Shown here: positions 42,607 through 44,580 of the stretch, piece by piece
Position numbering within the stretch: position 1 is the stretch's first letter
How the letters are laid out: each line of letters starts with the position of its first letter
Origin: a virus
Taxonomy: Duplodnaviria > Heunggongvirae > Uroviricota > Caudoviricetes
Length of the DNA stretch: 44,580 bases
Virus record (IMG/VR): IMGVR_UViG_3300022562_000051
Location: 1 to 44,580 of that record
Strand: one strand, 5' to 3'
Translations under genes and position numbers: made by a program
The notes under the pieces: generated by a model
Told to the model about the DNA's origin: nothing
The model's input: only the letters and a program-made list of their open reading frames with translations
Database searches by the model: none

Positions 42607-44580
42607 ATGGAATTCAATGTAGACCCCTATAATGACGATTTTGAGTTAAACGCGAAAGATAATAACTATCTGCGTATTCTGTTCAAGCCGGGATATGCGG
42701 TTCAGGCGCGTGAACTGACTCAGATTCAGTCCATTCTACAGAACCAGATCAAGTCGTTTGGCGACCACATCTTTGCTGACGGTTCTCCTGTGGTTGGTGG
42801 CAACCTTGCGTTGGACAACAACGTGGTTTACATCAAGCTGGAAGAAACCTATGACACCGAAGACGTTGAAGTAGACGATTTTGTTGGTAAGGTTATTCTG
42901 CGTGACTCCGATTCTGTGGTTCAGGCTAAGGTTCTCGCATCGTATTTCCCATCGGGTGGCGTTCCAACCCTGATGATCAAGTATCTCTCCGGTGTTGCAT
43001 TTAGCGACGGTGACGTATTCCGCATTGCCGGAACCACCACAAGAGCAAGGTTGCAGGGTTCATCTGCATCTGGCTTCGGCACCATCGTTTCGATCAATGA
43101 CGGTATCTTCTACGTAGACGGATTCTTTGTCAAGATCAATCCACAGACCACTGTTGTTGATGCATATACACAGTATGCAAATGTCAAGATTGGTCTGGAA
43201 GTCAGTGACGATGTTATTGACTATGGTGTGGATTCTACGTTGCTTGATCCAGCGCAGGGCAGCTTCAACTATCAGGCTCCCGGCGCAGATCGCTATCAGT
43301 TCAATCTACAGCTTTCGACTCGACCTCTTGCAACTGCCGTTGACGAGTCCAAGTTCTTTGAGTTGATGCGCCTAGAGAACGGTGCAATCACCAAGCAAGT
43401 CAAGTATCCAATCTACTCGGAAATCGAAAAGACGCTTGCGCGTAGAACGTTTGATGAATCCGGTGACTACACCGTGGTTCCATTCCGCGCTTCGGTTTCT
43501 GACGCACCAGATTCAAACAACTACATTATCAACCTTGAGCCGGGTAAAGCCTACGTCAAGGGATTTGAGTTCGAAACCATCGGCACGTTCCGCATGGAAG
43601 TCGCAAAGCCACGCGAAGAAGGCATTGACACTCGTTCCATGGTGGACATTGATTTCGATACCTCTTATGGCAATTACCTCAAGTTCAAGAATGTCTTCGG
43701 TTCGAACGTTGCGTTCATTGCAACCAACGCGCTTGAATCTGTTGACCTACATTGCGTCACTCGCGACAAGGTAAACGTCGGTAACACAATCAGCTATCCA
43801 AACACCAAGATTGGTACTGCAAAGGTTCGCGCAATTACTCGCGCAATTCCTGAAACGACTGGTGTTGCTAATTCCGACTCCAATGGTGTGTTCAACTTCT
43901 ATTTCTCGGATATCAGCATCAAGCCAAAGGTATTCAAGGTTTCTGGTGCGGATACCAACGCTAACACCATTCTGTTCCCCGCACATGCCAGCGCATGTAC
44001 CAATGCGTATTTGAATGTGTCGGTTAGTGTTCTGCCGCTTGACCTCGTAGCCGTTGCTGGTGTTACTCAAGCAAACGTATTTGCATATTCGACTCGCGTC
44101 AACGCAAACTCTGCTGCTGCATTCTCAAGCCTGAACATCGGTGATATCGTTCGCGTGGGTGATGAGTCCCGCGAAGTAGTATATATTGATTCTTCTGGTG
44201 ATTGGCTGACCGTCAACAGCGCGTTCACATCAACTCTTGTTGGCACTCCAACCAATCCTGTTGTTGTTTACACGCAATATGACTATTCATCGAATGTTGT
44301 AAATCAGGTTCGAAAGATCGTGAATTACAGCGGTAAAGTTGGAACATTAGATCGTCCGTGGGATGAGGGTGCCAAGGCAGGAGCCAATACTGTATTCCAG
44401 TTGAACTTTGGTATTGGTGATCTTGAATCCATCATGGAAACTGATGGTGTAACGGCTAATGCTCACGCAAACATTTCCATTCAATCTGTACTGTTAGACG
44501 GACAGACTGAACTCTTTGATTCGGCTCGTAAGGGATTGCTCTTCCCATTGCCACGCAATACTGTTCAGCGTAACAGCATT
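42607..44580 (+). CDS. Large virion structural protein (DUF4815 / VrlC-like), 3'-truncated by window edge
   Basis: PYNDDF...RILFKPGYAVQARELTQIQSILQNQI, APGADR, LARRTFDESGDY, GKAYVKGFE; open to window end. Confidence 0.88.
   Translation, partial: MEFNVDPYNDDFELNAKDNNYLRILFKPGYAVQARELTQIQSILQNQIKSFGDHIFADGSPVVGGNLALDNNVVYIKLEETYDTEDVEVDDFVGKVILRDSDSVVQAKVLASYFPSGGVPTLMIKYLSGVAFSDGDVFRIAGTTTRARLQGSSASGFGTIVSINDGIFYVDGFFVKINPQTTVVDAYTQYANVKIGLEVSDDVIDYGVDSTLLDPAQGSFNYQAPGADRYQFNLQLSTRPLATAVDESKFFELMRLENGAITKQVKYPIYSEIEKTLARRTFDESGDYTVVPFRASVSDAPDSNNYIINLEPGKAYVKGFEFETIGTFRMEVAKPREEGIDTRSMVDIDFDTSYGNYLKFKNVFGSNVAFIATNALESVDLHCVTRDKVNVGNTISYPNTKIGTAKVRAITRAIPETTGVANSDSNGVFNFYFSDISIKPKVFKVSGADTNANTILFPAHASACTNAYLNVSVSVLPLDLVAVAGVTQANVFAYSTRVNANSAAAFSSLNIGDIVRVGDESREVVYIDSSGDWLTVNSAFTSTLVGTPTNPVVVYTQYDYSSNVVNQVRKIVNYSGKVGTLDRPWDEGAKAGANTVFQLNFGIGDLESIMETDGVTANAHANISIQSVLLDGQTELFDSARKGLLFPLPRNTVQRNSI

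Noticed and set aside
3421-44255. Numerous minus-strand and alternate-frame ORFs in the track (e.g. 3421-4122, 9248-9808, 14064-14747, 36476-37027)
   Set aside because: They are shadows of well-supported + strand genes, without RBS or motifs
1-44580. Stop-codon reassignment
   Set aside because: Conserved genes are full length in code 11, TAA/TGA/TAG all end genes, and no clear suppressor tRNA is present

Overview
This window is a 44.6-kb segment of a large T4-like (Tevenvirinae-related) myophage. It uses the standard genetic code, is almost entirely on the + strand, and probably infects a Gram-negative proteobacterium. All calls come from reading the sequence; no database searches were run. 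Layout: (1) 1-1.9 kb: end of a tRNA array (Leu, Leu, Arg, Thr, Ser, CAT). It also holds a ~190-nt minimal RNase P RNA, an unassigned hairpin RNA, a tRNA(GCA)-like gene with an extra arm, a circularly permuted tRNA(GTA) inside its own closing stem, and an antisense papain-like peptidase gene. (2) 1.9-22 kb: accessory and early genes, including an RNA-repair trio (kinase, Rnl1 ligase, phosphoesterase), NAD+ salvage (NadM-Nudix and NAMPT, each preceded by the same two-hairpin leader), a structured ~230-nt leader behind IHF boxes, Imm, DenV-like, PhoH, an exonuclease, a PagL-like barrel, a two-piece permuted tmRNA, SleB and GuaC. (3) 22-24 kb: gp33, gp59, gp32. (4) 24-44.6 kb: late module gp4, gp2, gp54, gp26/gp51-like (apparent -1 frameshift), a tape-measure-like GH19 protein, gp48, 53, 27, 5, 25, 6, 7, 8 and a partial DUF4815 protein. 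The best novelty candidates are the phage RNA-processing set (mini RNase P, permuted tRNA, permuted tmRNA, extra-arm tRNA) and the repeated G-AUAGA-C leader motif on the NAD genes.
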